NCBI GenBank assembly: GCA_964493885.1
Contig: CAZBPV010000004.1
Location: 205-64,204 of the forward strand
Direction: 5' to 3'
Origin: Candidatus Woesearchaeota archaeon
GTDB taxonomy: Archaea; Nanobdellota; Nanobdellia; Pacearchaeales; GW2011-AR1
Length of the DNA stretch: 64,000 nt
The notes beneath the pieces were generated by a model. It had not been told where the DNA came from. It ran no database searches and was given only the letters and a program-made list of their open reading frames with translations. The stretch's first letter is position 1. The number at the start of each line of letters is the position of its first letter. Shown here one piece after another: positions 1 through 9,318 of the stretch. A program made the translations under genes and the position numbers.

Positions 1-216
1 CTGGCAATTATTTGCATCCTCACATATTCTTTGTATCTTGCCATTAATGCATCCTCCCCAATTAGTGCATTGCCAATCAACATCGCAATAATTACTTGAT
101 TGAGGATAAAAATCAATATTTTCTTGCTGAGGTGATATAAGATGAATATCAACTGCATTAACAAAGCTAATTACTAAAATAAATAATATTGCTGTAAATA
201 TTATTTTGTTTGCCAT
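1..216 (-). CDS. secreted Cys-motif protein, N-terminal part (gene runs off the window start)
   Basis: Own translation from ATG at 214-216 gives MANKIIFTAILFILVISFVNA (signal-like), then CDVDWQCTNWGGCINGKIQRICEDANNC. The frame is open to position 1. It is absent from the ORF track because it is partial. Confidence 0.45.
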   Translation of the reverse strand, partial: MANKIIFTAILFILVISFVNAVDIHLISPQQENIDFYPQSSNYCDVDWQCTNWGGCINGKIQRICEDANNCQ

Positions 217-307
217 AAAAAGCAGAGGTTCATTTTCTTTATAAAAATTATTGCATTACATTGCATAATTCTAAATCCAAATCAACACAGTTATTTGTAT
301 AAAAAAA

Positions 308-1090
308 TTATTGCAGTAAATCCTTATTATCTATTAATTTCCATGTCACTATTTTGGAATCACTATCTCTTAAAAAGAAAGTATCTCCTTGAGGATTTGG
401 GATACTCTCTTCCCAATTAAGTGGATAGTTTGCATTTTCTTCATTAAGCCTAATTACAACACTGTCTTCTATTATTGTTTCAGGAAAGATGAATTTTTTT
501 CTTCCCTCATTTTTTAAAATCCAATTTTTAATATTGCAATCAAATGAGCACGCATTTTTTAAAATAATTGTCTTTTTCTCAAATTTTATTGAAATGCATT
601 CAGCACACTTATCTTCTGATTTCTGGCATAAATTCTTATTTTTAATTAAACAATCTTTCCAAGAATTAGTGAATTGAATGTATTTTGAGTCTTTTCCAGA
701 AGGAAAATAATAATTTGCAAATCCTTCCTCAATAAGCTTTACATTAATGTTTTCTTCCTTAAGAAAAATATAAGCCAGAGTTCTGTTATATTTGTCTTTT
801 CTTTCTTTTCCATACTCTAAAAATACAGTTTTGTTTAAGATTAACTCTTCTAAGAATTTTTTTGCCTCATTATAATATTTTTCTCCTCTTTCAGGAGTAT
901 TTATCCCAAGTAGCCTGATTGAGCTCCCATTTGCTATGATAGTATCCCCATCCACTATTCTTTCAACTATTACTCTATCTTTTTCATTAAAAAAATTATT
1001 AAGAAAACTATCTAAAAATCTATAATTAATAACAAAGAGCAGCAATACAAGAATTATTAAAATCAGGATTTCTCTTTTTCTATTTTTCAT
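308..1090 (-). CDS. membrane-anchored/secreted thermonuclease (SNase family) with a C-terminal lamin-tail-like domain
   Basis: N-terminal TM helix. The block VERIVDGDTI...IRLLGINTPE...NRTLAYIF is typical of staphylococcal nuclease homologues. The C-terminal ~100 aa resemble LTD domains. Confidence 0.7.
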   Translation of the reverse strand: MKNRKREILILIILVLLLFVINYRFLDSFLNNFFNEKDRVIVERIVDGDTIIANGSSIRLLGINTPERGEKYYNEAKKFLEELILNKTVFLEYGKERKDKYNRTLAYIFLKEENINVKLIEEGFANYYFPSGKDSKYIQFTNSWKDCLIKNKNLCQKSEDKCAECISIKFEKKTIILKNACSFDCNIKNWILKNEGRKKFIFPETIIEDSVVIRLNEENANYPLNWEESIPNPQGDTFFLRDSDSKIVTWKLIDNKDLLQ

Positions 1091-1169
1091 TAGAGTCTTA
1101 AGGATTGTTCATTTAAAATAATTATCTCATATTAGAAATATTTAAAAGAAGTGAGAATATTAGGATTTT

Positions 1170-1406
1170 ATGGCTTGGAAAACTTATTTAATTTTGCACT
1201 TTGGAACAAGAGGAAAGAAACCGTCTGAAATAGCCAAGGACTTGGAATCTCTTGGATTTAATGCTGAATTTGGTTCAGTTGATTTTGTCTATGCTTGGGG
1301 CGAAGAAAAACCAACAAAAGAATTAGTTTTAGCACTTGCAGATAAGATTGTTGACATCCTTAAGGATAGCGGTTCTGTCTTTAATATTGATACCAATCAA
1401 GACTAA
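1170..1406 (+). CDS. hypothetical small protein
   Basis: 78-aa ORF in an otherwise empty gap. No recognisable motif. Confidence 0.35.
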   Translation: MAWKTYLILHFGTRGKKPSEIAKDLESLGFNAEFGSVDFVYAWGEEKPTKELVLALADKIVDILKDSGSVFNIDTNQD

Positions 1407-1464
1407 TTCCCATCCAAAGAATTTTTTTGATAATTCTAATAGATACTTCCATGCAGGAATAAAA

Positions 1465-1548
1465 TGCGAGTGAAAGGGTTCGAACCTTCGCAGGCACTAA
1501 GCCACTGGATCTTAAGTCCAGCCCGTTTGACCACTCCGGCACACTCGC
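1465..1548 (-). tRNA. tRNA-Leu (anticodon UAA), class II with long variable arm
   Basis: Minus strand reads GCGAGTG-TG-CCG..CGG-CTGGA-CTTAAGA-TCCAG-variable arm-GAAGG-TTCGAAC-CCTTT-CACTCGC-A. The cloverleaf was folded by hand. Confidence 0.9.
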
Positions 1549-1646
1549 TTATTAATTAGCAAGGGAGTGGTAAACCACTCTAGTTCCTATCTTTAGGGAC
1601 TAGGCTGAGCTTCACTATTTAGTGAGGCCCGGCACACTCGCTTATT
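1536..1646. repeat. 18-nt exact direct repeat (1536-1553 and 1629-1646) duplicating the tRNA-Leu 5' end plus 5 nt of flank, with a 75-nt three-hairpin spacer
   Basis: CCGGCACACTCGCTTATT occurs twice on the + strand. Spacer hairpins lie at 1565-1580, 1581-1602 and 1610-1627. Confidence 0.85.
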
Positions 1647-1689
1647 GATATAGAAATATCAGATATTAACCATATAAAAATCTTTAGAA

Positions 1690-2601
1690 TTATTCTTTTT
1701 TACTGATATAAGAATAAGCATTCTTTGCTGCAATACTTCCCTGTCCTGAAGCAACAACAACCTGTTTTAATTTTTGGTTTGTAATATCTCCTGCTGCAAA
1801 AACTCCTTTAACAGAAGTTTCCATGTCTTCATTAACTTCAATATATCCTTCTTTGTCTAATTTTAAATTAAGGTTCTTTGCAAATTTGTTAAGAGGAATT
1901 GAACCAATCTCAACAAAGATTCCATCAAGTTCTATTTTCTTTTTCTTAGACTTTTCTTCTATCTCTATTGCCTTTACTTTATTATCTCCTATTATTTTTT
2001 TTGGAATAGCATTGTAAACCATTTCCACATTACTTTTTTTCTTTAGCCTTTCGTGGTTGATGTCCTCGCATCTAAGTTTCTGCCCTCTATAAATAATATA
2101 TACTTTTTTTACTAAGTCAGATAAAGCAAGTGCAGAAATTGCAGCACAGTCACTTCCACCTATAACTCCTACTGTTTTCCCTTTAAAAAAGAAAGCATCA
2201 CATGTAACACAATAACTCACCCCTTTTCCAGTAAGTTCCTCTTCACCAGGAATATTTAATTTTTTTCTTTCTGTTCCAGTAGAAAGTATAACTGCTTTTG
2301 CCTCAAAATCATTTTTCTTTGTTTTAATAATAAAAGAATCACCTTGTTTTTTTACATTTTCAACATCACTCATTATAAATTCTACACTTTTATATTCTTT
2401 TAACTGCTCATAGAATTGTTTCATTAAATCTGTGCCTTTTCCATTAAATCCAGGCCAATTTTCAAGTAAGAGTATGGAATTAGTAGTGCCTCCTATGTCT
2501 TTGCTTATTACCCCCACATTTAGCCCGCTTCTTGCAGCATAAATCCCTGCAGTCAATCCAGCAGGCCCAGCACCTATTATGATTAAGTCAAATTTTCTCA
2601 T
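1690..2601 (-). CDS. trxB: thioredoxin-disulfide reductase
   Basis: N-terminal GAGPAG FAD motif, redox-active CVTC, second dinucleotide motif GGSDCA, C-terminal GDIT. Length fits low-Mr TrxR. Confidence 0.85.
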   Translation of the reverse strand: MRKFDLIIIGAGPAGLTAGIYAARSGLNVGVISKDIGGTTNSILLLENWPGFNGKGTDLMKQFYEQLKEYKSVEFIMSDVENVKKQGDSFIIKTKKNDFEAKAVILSTGTERKKLNIPGEEELTGKGVSYCVTCDAFFFKGKTVGVIGGSDCAAISALALSDLVKKVYIIYRGQKLRCEDINHERLKKKSNVEMVYNAIPKKIIGDNKVKAIEIEEKSKKKKIELDGIFVEIGSIPLNKFAKNLNLKLDKEGYIEVNEDMETSVKGVFAAGDITNQKLKQVVVASGQGSIAAKNAYSYISKKE

Positions 2602-2625
2602 CTTTGATTAAGTAAGATTTATAAT

Positions 2626-4338
2626 ATGTATTGGTTTTTATATCTTATGAAAAAACTGGTGGTTGAACTTCTAAGAAAAGCCTTAAAAGAGATGGATGTA
2701 AAACTCTCTGAAGAAGAGATTGAAAAAAGAATCGAAATCCCACAAAATCTTGAATGGGGAGATTACTCTTTTCCAACATTTTTTTTAACAGAGCAGACAA
2801 AAATGCTGCCTAATGAACTCTCAATTAAATTACGAGAGGAAATAGGAAACATTCCGCAAACAGATTTAGACGATGTTCAGAGTGTTGGAGGGTATGTAAA
2901 TTTCTTTGTCGACAGAAAAAACCTTGCTAGGAAAGTTGTATGGGAGGCAATCACTCAAAAAGCAAAGTTTGGAAGAAGCAAGTTAGGAGAAAAGAAAAAA
3001 ATAGTAATAGAATTTTCTTCCCCTAATATTGCAAAACCCTTTGGAATAGGGCATTTAAGATCAACTATTATTGGAAACTCTATCTCAAATATAGTTGAAT
3101 TTGTTGGATACAAGCCAGTGAGAATAAATTATCTTGGGGATTGGGGTACTCAATTTGGAAAATTAATTTTTGCTTTTGAAAAATGGGGAAATGAAGACAA
3201 ATTGCTTAAAGACCCCTTAAATTATCTTCAGAAATTATATGTAAAGGCAAATAAATCAAAAAAATTTGAAGAACCTTCAAGAGAGGCTTTTAAAAGACTT
3301 GAACAAAAAGAAAGAAAATGCCTTATGTTGTGGAAACTTTTTAGAAATTTAAGTCTAAAGGAATTCCAAAAAATTTACAAGACTTTTGATATTAAGTTTG
3401 ATGTTTATTCTGGGGAATCAGAGTCTGTAAAATATACTGATAGAGTTTTTAAGGAATTACAAACCAAAGAATTAATTAAAAAAAGCAAGGGAGCTTGGAT
3501 TGTAGATTTAAAAAAATATAACCTTGATATCTGTTTAATGCAGAAAACCGACGGCACAACTCTTTATGCAACACGAGATTTAGCAGAGGCTATACGAAGA
3601 TATGAAAAATATCCTTTTGAAAAAATGATTTATGAAGTTGGCCAGGAGCAAAAACTTTACTTCCAGCAAATATTTAAAATTCTTGAGCTCATGGGCTATG
3701 AGTGGGCAAAAAATTGCATACATGTTGACCATGGTTTGTATTTGGCTAAGGATGGAAAAAAATTTTCAACAAGAAGGGGAAAGACTGTTCTTATGGAAAA
3801 TATTCTAAAGAAAACAAAATTATTGGCAAAAAAAGAAATTAAAAAAAGATTCCCTAGCTTATCTAAGGACGAACTTGAAAAAAGAGGATTAAAAGTTGCA
3901 ATAGCTTCAATCTTTTACGGGGATCTTAAGAATAATAGAACCAATGATATGGTATTTGACTTGGATAAGTTTACTTCTTTTGAAGGAAATACTGGCCCAT
4001 ATCTTTTATATAGTTATGCTAGGGCAAGTTCTATTATAAAAAAAGCAGAAAATCCTAAAAAATTTGAGATTCTAGAATTAGAACCTAAAGAACTTGAGTT
4101 AGTTAAGGGATTATCTCAGTTTCAAGAGATAATAATAGATGCATTTGAACACTTAAACCCTTCAATAATCGCAAGTTATTCGTATCAAATCTGTCAGAAA
4201 TTTAATGATTTTTATCAAAACTGTCCGGTTATTGGTTCAGAAAACGAACCCTTTAGATTAGCTCTAGTAGAATCTTTCAGGCAGATTTTAAAAAATTCTC
4301 TTCATCTCTTGGGAATAAGTGTAATAGAGGAGATGTAA
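2626..4338 (+). CDS. argS: arginine--tRNA ligase
   Basis: SSPNIAKPFGIGHLRSTIIGN (class I HIGH region) and the overall ArgRS layout. The true start is more likely the ATG at 2647 (MKKLVVELL). Confidence 0.9.
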   Translation: MYWFLYLMKKLVVELLRKALKEMDVKLSEEEIEKRIEIPQNLEWGDYSFPTFFLTEQTKMLPNELSIKLREEIGNIPQTDLDDVQSVGGYVNFFVDRKNLARKVVWEAITQKAKFGRSKLGEKKKIVIEFSSPNIAKPFGIGHLRSTIIGNSISNIVEFVGYKPVRINYLGDWGTQFGKLIFAFEKWGNEDKLLKDPLNYLQKLYVKANKSKKFEEPSREAFKRLEQKERKCLMLWKLFRNLSLKEFQKIYKTFDIKFDVYSGESESVKYTDRVFKELQTKELIKKSKGAWIVDLKKYNLDICLMQKTDGTTLYATRDLAEAIRRYEKYPFEKMIYEVGQEQKLYFQQIFKILELMGYEWAKNCIHVDHGLYLAKDGKKFSTRRGKTVLMENILKKTKLLAKKEIKKRFPSLSKDELEKRGLKVAIASIFYGDLKNNRTNDMVFDLDKFTSFEGNTGPYLLYSYARASSIIKKAENPKKFEILELEPKELELVKGLSQFQEIIIDAFEHLNPSIIASYSYQICQKFNDFYQNCPVIGSENEPFRLALVESFRQILKNSLHLLGISVIEEM

Positions 4339-4396
4339 TTCAATAAATTTATATATGATGTTTTATTTAGATAGATGAAAGGAGGTATGATGAAAA

Positions 4397-4783
4397 ATGG
4401 TTCAATGTAAAAAGATGAATGAAGAATTCTTCGCTAAATTGCATAAAGAGATAACTACAACTGGAGAATTGATAAGAGCTAGACAAGAAGAGAAACAAGG
4501 AATTTTAGATGATTTCACATCAGAGTCAAAAAGATTCTTTTTTGGTAAAATTTCTGAAAAATCTTTAGCAGCTTCAGTTAAAAAGACTAATGTTGAATTA
4601 ATGAGACTAGATGGAAGCATCAAAGCCTCAATCTCAAGGACAAAAAAACTTTGCGATGCAGTTAAGAACTTAGTCCAAAAACAATCTCCAATTCCATTTA
4701 GAGCTACAATCTCAGGAATATCTGGAGGAAGTTCTGGAAAATCTTCAAAGAAGAAATCAAGGAAGAAAAAGAAAAGGAGATAA
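4397..4783 (+). CDS. hypothetical protein with Ser/Lys-rich basic tail
   Basis: GGAGGT Shine-Dalgarno 10 nt upstream. Helical-looking N-terminal part and a KKKSRKKKKRR tail. Confidence 0.4.
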   Translation: MVQCKKMNEEFFAKLHKEITTTGELIRARQEEKQGILDDFTSESKRFFFGKISEKSLAASVKKTNVELMRLDGSIKASISRTKKLCDAVKNLVQKQSPIPFRATISGISGGSSGKSSKKKSRKKKKRR

Positions 4784-4785
4784 AG

Positions 4786-4830
4786 TTTTATTTTTTATTT
4801 TTTATTTTTTAATTAATTTTTATTTTATTT
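4786..4830 (+). terminator. run of oligo-T tracts (archaeal-type termination signals)
   Basis: TTTTATTTTTTATTTTTTATTTTTTAATTAATTTTTATTTTATTT lies directly after the stop codon at 4781-4783. Confidence 0.35.
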
Positions 4831-4892
4831 CTATTAAGCAAAATTATTTAAACTACATTATTATTAATTATTTATTAAAAAGGAGGATAGAA

Positions 4893-5126
4893 ATGGCAAA
4901 AAAAGAAAGCACACTCGGAAAAGTAGTTACTTTTGTTGCTTGGCTAACAGGAGTTATTGTATCATTGTCAGTAGGTTTTGCACTTGTTGATAAGGTTTTA
5001 ACTCTGCCTGCTTGGATGGGAGGCGCAACAGTAATTGGTGCAGGAATAGCTCAGACTGCAGGTTGGATTGTTATCTTAACAACTCTACTTGGGGCAATAC
5101 TGGTTATAGTTCACAAACTGCAATAA
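4893..5126 (+). CDS. small integral membrane protein
   Basis: GGAGGA SD upstream. Two clear hydrophobic helices in 77 aa. Confidence 0.5.
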   Translation: MAKKESTLGKVVTFVAWLTGVIVSLSVGFALVDKVLTLPAWMGGATVIGAGIAQTAGWIVILTTLLGAILVIVHKLQ

Positions 5127-5176
5127 ATATCTTTATTTTTATTTAGATTTTTAAACTTCTTATTTTTAAGTGTATC

Positions 5177-6460
5177 ATGCTAGAAGTATACTTCGAAACT
5201 TATGGTTGCACTGCAAACCAGAACTCTTCAGAGATAATGAAGGGGATTTTAAAGCAAGCAGGATTAAACATTACTTTTAATCCTGATTTTGCAGATTTTA
5301 TTATAATAAATTCTTGCATAGTTAAAGAACCAACTCAGGAAAAGATTAGAAGAAGAATTTCAGACTTGTTATCTAAAGGCAAGAAAATTATTCTAGCAGG
5401 TTGCATGCCAAGGTTAAATAAATTAAAATTAAAAAAGAAAAACCTATTTTTATTAGATTCTAGCCATGTCAAAGATATAGCCAATCTTATAAAAGATATA
5501 AAAGAAGATTCTTATGATTCCAAGAAATATCTAAAAACAAGAAATGAATTAAAATTAAATCTTCCAAAAATCCCAAATGAAAAATTTATTGGAATAACTC
5601 AGATATCAGAGGGATGTTTAGGAGAGTGTTCATATTGTATCATAAGGCTTGCTAAGGGAAAATTATTTTCTTATCCTAAAGAAGAAATTGTTGAATCAGT
5701 AAAAAGCGATATTAAATCTGGATGCAAAGAAATTTGGATTACAAGCCAGGATAATGCCTCTTATGGAAATGAGTATTCAGGTAAGTATCTTCTTCCAGAA
5801 TTGTTAGAAGATATAATCAAAATTCCAGGAAGATTCTTTATTAGAGTCGGGATGATGAACCCAAATAATGTTCTGAAGATTCTGCCCGAATTAATAAAAA
5901 TTTATAAAAATCCAAAAATGTTCAAATTTCTTCATCTCCCAATTCAATCTGGAAGTGATAAGATTCTAAAATCAATGAAAAGAAAATATAAGATTGAAAA
6001 TGTATTAAAGATAGTAAATGAATTTAGAAAGAATATACCAGATATTACTATTGCATCAGATATTATTGTTGGTTTTCCTGGAGAGGATAATGCTGACTTT
6101 GAAAAAACTCTTGATTTAATAAAAAAAATTAAGCCAGAAATACTTCATAGAAGCAATTTTGGAATAAGAAAGGGAACTCCAGCAGAAAAAATGAAACAAG
6201 TGGATTCTCCTCAAATAAAACAAAGAGCAAACAAGTTACAGGAACTTCATCTTAAGATATGTAATGAAATCCAAGATAAATTACTTGGAAAAGAAATCAA
6301 AATATTAATTGATAAAAAGGGTTTTAAAAATACCTGGCTTGGAAGAACAGAAAACTACAAGCTTGCTGTTATTTATTCAGAAAAAAATATACTTGGAAAA
6401 TTATTAAATGTGAGAGTTAAAAAAGTCCTGCCTCATTATTTAATCTGTGAATTAATATGA
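5177..6460 (+). CDS. radical SAM methylthiotransferase, MiaB/MtaB-like (tRNA modification)
   Basis: N-terminal UPF0004 Cys pattern (YGCTAN...NSC...GC), radical SAM CSYC motif (GECSYCII), C-terminal TRAM-like region. Confidence 0.85.
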   Translation: MLEVYFETYGCTANQNSSEIMKGILKQAGLNITFNPDFADFIIINSCIVKEPTQEKIRRRISDLLSKGKKIILAGCMPRLNKLKLKKKNLFLLDSSHVKDIANLIKDIKEDSYDSKKYLKTRNELKLNLPKIPNEKFIGITQISEGCLGECSYCIIRLAKGKLFSYPKEEIVESVKSDIKSGCKEIWITSQDNASYGNEYSGKYLLPELLEDIIKIPGRFFIRVGMMNPNNVLKILPELIKIYKNPKMFKFLHLPIQSGSDKILKSMKRKYKIENVLKIVNEFRKNIPDITIASDIIVGFPGEDNADFEKTLDLIKKIKPEILHRSNFGIRKGTPAEKMKQVDSPQIKQRANKLQELHLKICNEIQDKLLGKEIKILIDKKGFKNTWLGRTENYKLAVIYSEKNILGKLLNVRVKKVLPHYLICELI

Positions 6461-7293
6461 AGATAAGAAGATTAAACCCAAAAAGTAAAATTTTTCTTGC
6501 TCCTATGGAGGAAATAAATGATATAGCATTTAGATTGCTATGCAAAAAAGCAGGAGCTGGGCTTACCTATACATCTATGGTTCATCCAAGAACAAAACAA
6601 AAGATTTTTCTTGATGATAAACCTGCCCTCCAGTTATTCTCTACAAATGAAAAAGGGATTAAGAAATTTATTAAAAAATATGATAAAAAAGTTTCTTTGT
6701 GGGATTTTAATCTTGGATGCCCTGCAAAAACAGCAAAAAAACACGGATTTGGCTGTTTTTTAAGGGATTTGGCTGTTATTGAAAAAATCCTAAAAACCAT
6801 GAGGGTTTCAACTAAAAAACCAGTAACAATAAAAATAAGAAAATCTGAAAACTCTTTTGAACTTTTGAAACTTGCAGAAAAATATTGTGATGCAGTCACG
6901 ATTCATCCAAGGACTCAAAGTCAGGGGTATTCAGGAAAAGCAGACATAGAATTTGCAAAGGAGATTAAATTAAAATCAAAAATTCCAGTAATTTATTCAG
7001 GAGATGTTACTGAAAGAAATTTTAAACAATTGCTTAAGTATTTTGATTTTGTGATGGTTGGGAGAAGAGCAATAGGAAACCCTAATTTTTTTTCAATTAC
7101 TAAAAAAAGGAAAACTAAAATACTTTTTAAGGATTATCTTAAACTTGCAGAGAAATATAATATTCCTTTCAAGCAAATAAAATCTCAAGCAATGAATTTT
7201 ACAAAAGGAAAAAAAGGAGCAAAGAAAATTCGACTTAAACTATATAAAGTAAAAGATATTAAGTCTATCAAGGAAGTTTACAAAAATGAATAA
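6457..7293 (+). CDS. dus: tRNA-dihydrouridine synthase
   Basis: FLAPMEEINDIAFR...NLGCPAKTAKKHGFGCFL...IHPRT are Dus family motifs. A 4-nt overlap with the upstream gene indicates coupling. Confidence 0.8.
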   Translation: MKIRRLNPKSKIFLAPMEEINDIAFRLLCKKAGAGLTYTSMVHPRTKQKIFLDDKPALQLFSTNEKGIKKFIKKYDKKVSLWDFNLGCPAKTAKKHGFGCFLRDLAVIEKILKTMRVSTKKPVTIKIRKSENSFELLKLAEKYCDAVTIHPRTQSQGYSGKADIEFAKEIKLKSKIPVIYSGDVTERNFKQLLKYFDFVMVGRRAIGNPNFFSITKKRKTKILFKDYLKLAEKYNIPFKQIKSQAMNFTKGKKGAKKIRLKLYKVKDIKSIKEVYKNE

Positions 7294-8422
7294 ATCTTCT
7301 ACTAAAGAGTCAAATGTCTGGCTTTTAGGTTCTAGCAGTTTTTTTAATGATTTTGGAAGCGAGATGGTTGCATTAATTCTTCCTTTTTTTGTGACAGCTT
7401 TAGGTGGGGCAGGGTTGGCAATTGGAGCACTTTCAGGTTTAAGAGAAGGACTTGCAAGCATTTTCAAGTTATTAGGTGGGTGGTATTCTGACAGATTAGG
7501 AAAAAGAATGCCTTTTGTTTTCTTTGGTTATTTTGTTTCTGTAATGTTTAGATTTTTATTAGTGCTTTCTAATTCCTGGTATTTTATACTTGCAATAGTT
7601 TCTTTAGAAAGATTTGGAAAATTACGAGATGCTCCTAGGGATGCAATTATATCAGATTCAACTAAAAGAAGAGGGCATGGATTTGGTATTCAACAAATGC
7701 TTGATACTTCTGGAGCAATTTTTGGTTCAATTGCAGTTCTTTTTCTTTTCTGGAAATGGGGATTAAATTTTAAAACGATAATTATATTTGCAGGAGCAAT
7801 TTCCTTTCTTTCTTTATTTCCTTTATTGTTTGTCAAGGAGCCAAAATCTAAAAAAGAGAAAAAAGGATTATTTGAGGGAATAGCAAATATATCTAAAAAT
7901 CTAAAATATTTTATTTTTGTATCTGCGGTTTTTACTCTCGCTAATTTTGGATTGTATATGTTTTTATTGCTTAGAGCAAGGGAAATAACTGGAAGTATTA
8001 TAATTGCATTGGCACTAGGGGTTTTATTTAATTTTATATGGGCTAGTTTTACTGTCCCATTTGGGGATTTGTCAGATAAAATAGGAAAGAAAAAAGTATT
8101 ACTTCTTGGATATTTATTATTCTTTTTTGTAAGTATTGGATTTATTTATCTTGCAGGAATCACGTCCCTCATATTCTTTTTTGTGCTTTATGGTTTAGTT
8201 TATGCAATAACCAATGCAAATCAAAGAGCCCTTGTAGCAGATTTAGCTGACAGCATGAAGGGAACTGCACTTGGATTCTATCAGTTTGCTATAGGTATAG
8301 CCAGCATCTGTGGAGGAATAATTGCAGGATTGCTTTGGGATATAAGTTATCAGACAATGTTTGCATATATATCAGTTATTGCAATTATCTCATTAATACT
8401 TTTAATTTTTGTAAAAGAATAA
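7286..8422 (+). CDS. MFS-type transporter
   Basis: About 10-12 hydrophobic helices and a GxxSDRxGKR loop (GGWYSDRLGKRMP) typical of MFS motif A. Confidence 0.75.
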   Translation: MNKSSTKESNVWLLGSSSFFNDFGSEMVALILPFFVTALGGAGLAIGALSGLREGLASIFKLLGGWYSDRLGKRMPFVFFGYFVSVMFRFLLVLSNSWYFILAIVSLERFGKLRDAPRDAIISDSTKRRGHGFGIQQMLDTSGAIFGSIAVLFLFWKWGLNFKTIIIFAGAISFLSLFPLLFVKEPKSKKEKKGLFEGIANISKNLKYFIFVSAVFTLANFGLYMFLLLRAREITGSIIIALALGVLFNFIWASFTVPFGDLSDKIGKKKVLLLGYLLFFFVSIGFIYLAGITSLIFFFVLYGLVYAITNANQRALVADLADSMKGTALGFYQFAIGIASICGGIIAGLLWDISYQTMFAYISVIAIISLILLIFVKE

Positions 8423-8430
8423 AATTATTT

Positions 8431-9237
8431 TTACTTAACAGGCTTCATATCATTCCAAGCTAATTCAAATAACTGTTCAAGAGCACTTGCAAAGAACTCT
8501 GTATTAATCCAAACACCAATGTCATAGTTTGGATGGAATTTTTCATCATCTAAAAGCATGAACATTAATTGTTTTCCATCTACAATTACAAATCTTGCCT
8601 TTATTTTTTGTAAATTTCTAATTTCTGCAACTTTTTTGAATTCCTTTGCAATCTTTAAATTATTTTTGTCAATTGGAGCAGCAATCCTGATAGTAACTCC
8701 TCTCTTTTTGACTTTTGCAAGACTTGGCAGTAATGCCTCAAGCTTTCTGTTAAGTCCATCAGCAGTAGTAATTATTGTTATAGTATTCTCTGCATCTCTA
8801 ATTAGCATATCTAAATGATTGTAAAGGTTTTGTCTCCCCTTTAGACTTCCAGATAAGTCACTAGGTTCTACAAATTTCACTCCTTGAGTAAATAAACCTG
8901 TAAGTTCACTAAGCACGTCATCACCTTTTAGTTTTTCAAGTCTCTTTGTTTTATCCTGAGCCTCTGCCATCATGTTCTTCTTTACTCTTTCCACCACTTC
9001 TTCAGGTTTAAGCGCAACAAACTTAATTGGCTTGCCAAGTCTCATTACAATAAATCCTTTTTTTTCTAAAGATTCAAGTATATCATAAGTTCTTGATCTA
9101 GGAACATCAGAAATACTACTTAATTCTCCTGCAGTTGAGGTGCCTCTGGATAGCAATGCAGTCCAAACCTTAACTTCATATAGATTCAAATCAAAAATCT
9201 TTCTTAACCGTCCCAAAAATTCTTCTTTGACAATCAT
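8431..9237 (-). CDS. TrmB-family transcriptional regulator
   Basis: N-terminal wHTH (YEVKVWTALLSRGTSTAGELSSISDVPRSRTYDILESLEKKGFI) plus a TrmB C-terminal domain length. Confidence 0.8.
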   Translation of the reverse strand: MIVKEEFLGRLRKIFDLNLYEVKVWTALLSRGTSTAGELSSISDVPRSRTYDILESLEKKGFIVMRLGKPIKFVALKPEEVVERVKKNMMAEAQDKTKRLEKLKGDDVLSELTGLFTQGVKFVEPSDLSGSLKGRQNLYNHLDMLIRDAENTITIITTADGLNRKLEALLPSLAKVKKRGVTIRIAAPIDKNNLKIAKEFKKVAEIRNLQKIKARFVIVDGKQLMFMLLDDEKFHPNYDIGVWINTEFFASALEQLFELAWNDMKPVK

Positions 9238-9318
9238 GTTATTAATTATTTACCTCTCTTTTTAAATATTGTTATATTAAAGGAGTAAACTTGTTGAATT
9301 ACCGCCCAGTAAGTAATT

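Noticed and set aside
489-677. Short ORFs lying antisense inside long genes. Examples: 489-677, 1823-2017, 4402-4623, 6582-6899, 8558-8818, 9371-9664, 10640-10858, 12635-12895, 14155-14400, 17658-17996, 18435-18766, 27236-27857, 29234-29757, 34181-34534, 35983-36431, 38160-40731, 43346-44262, 47570-49736, 53239-54356, 56720-59214, 60778-61669, 61751-62098.
   Set aside because: Each is fully embedded in a longer ORF on the other strand that has clear family motifs. Their products are low-complexity Ser/Phe/Leu/Ile-rich strings, as expected from the reverse complement of AT-rich coding sequence.
1549-1641. Bulge-helix-bulge intron model for the insert in front of tRNA-Leu.
   Set aside because: I could only pair the self-complementary CCGG cores (4 bp) between the two putative splice regions, so there is no convincing helix-bulge geometry. 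The model is kept only as an untested alternative in the finding.
4786-4830. Periodic TTTTTTA units, considered as a possible repeat array or CRISPR.
   Set aside because: The units are only 6-7 nt of pure T/A with no spacers. This is an oligo-T termination/AT-rich spacer, not a CRISPR.
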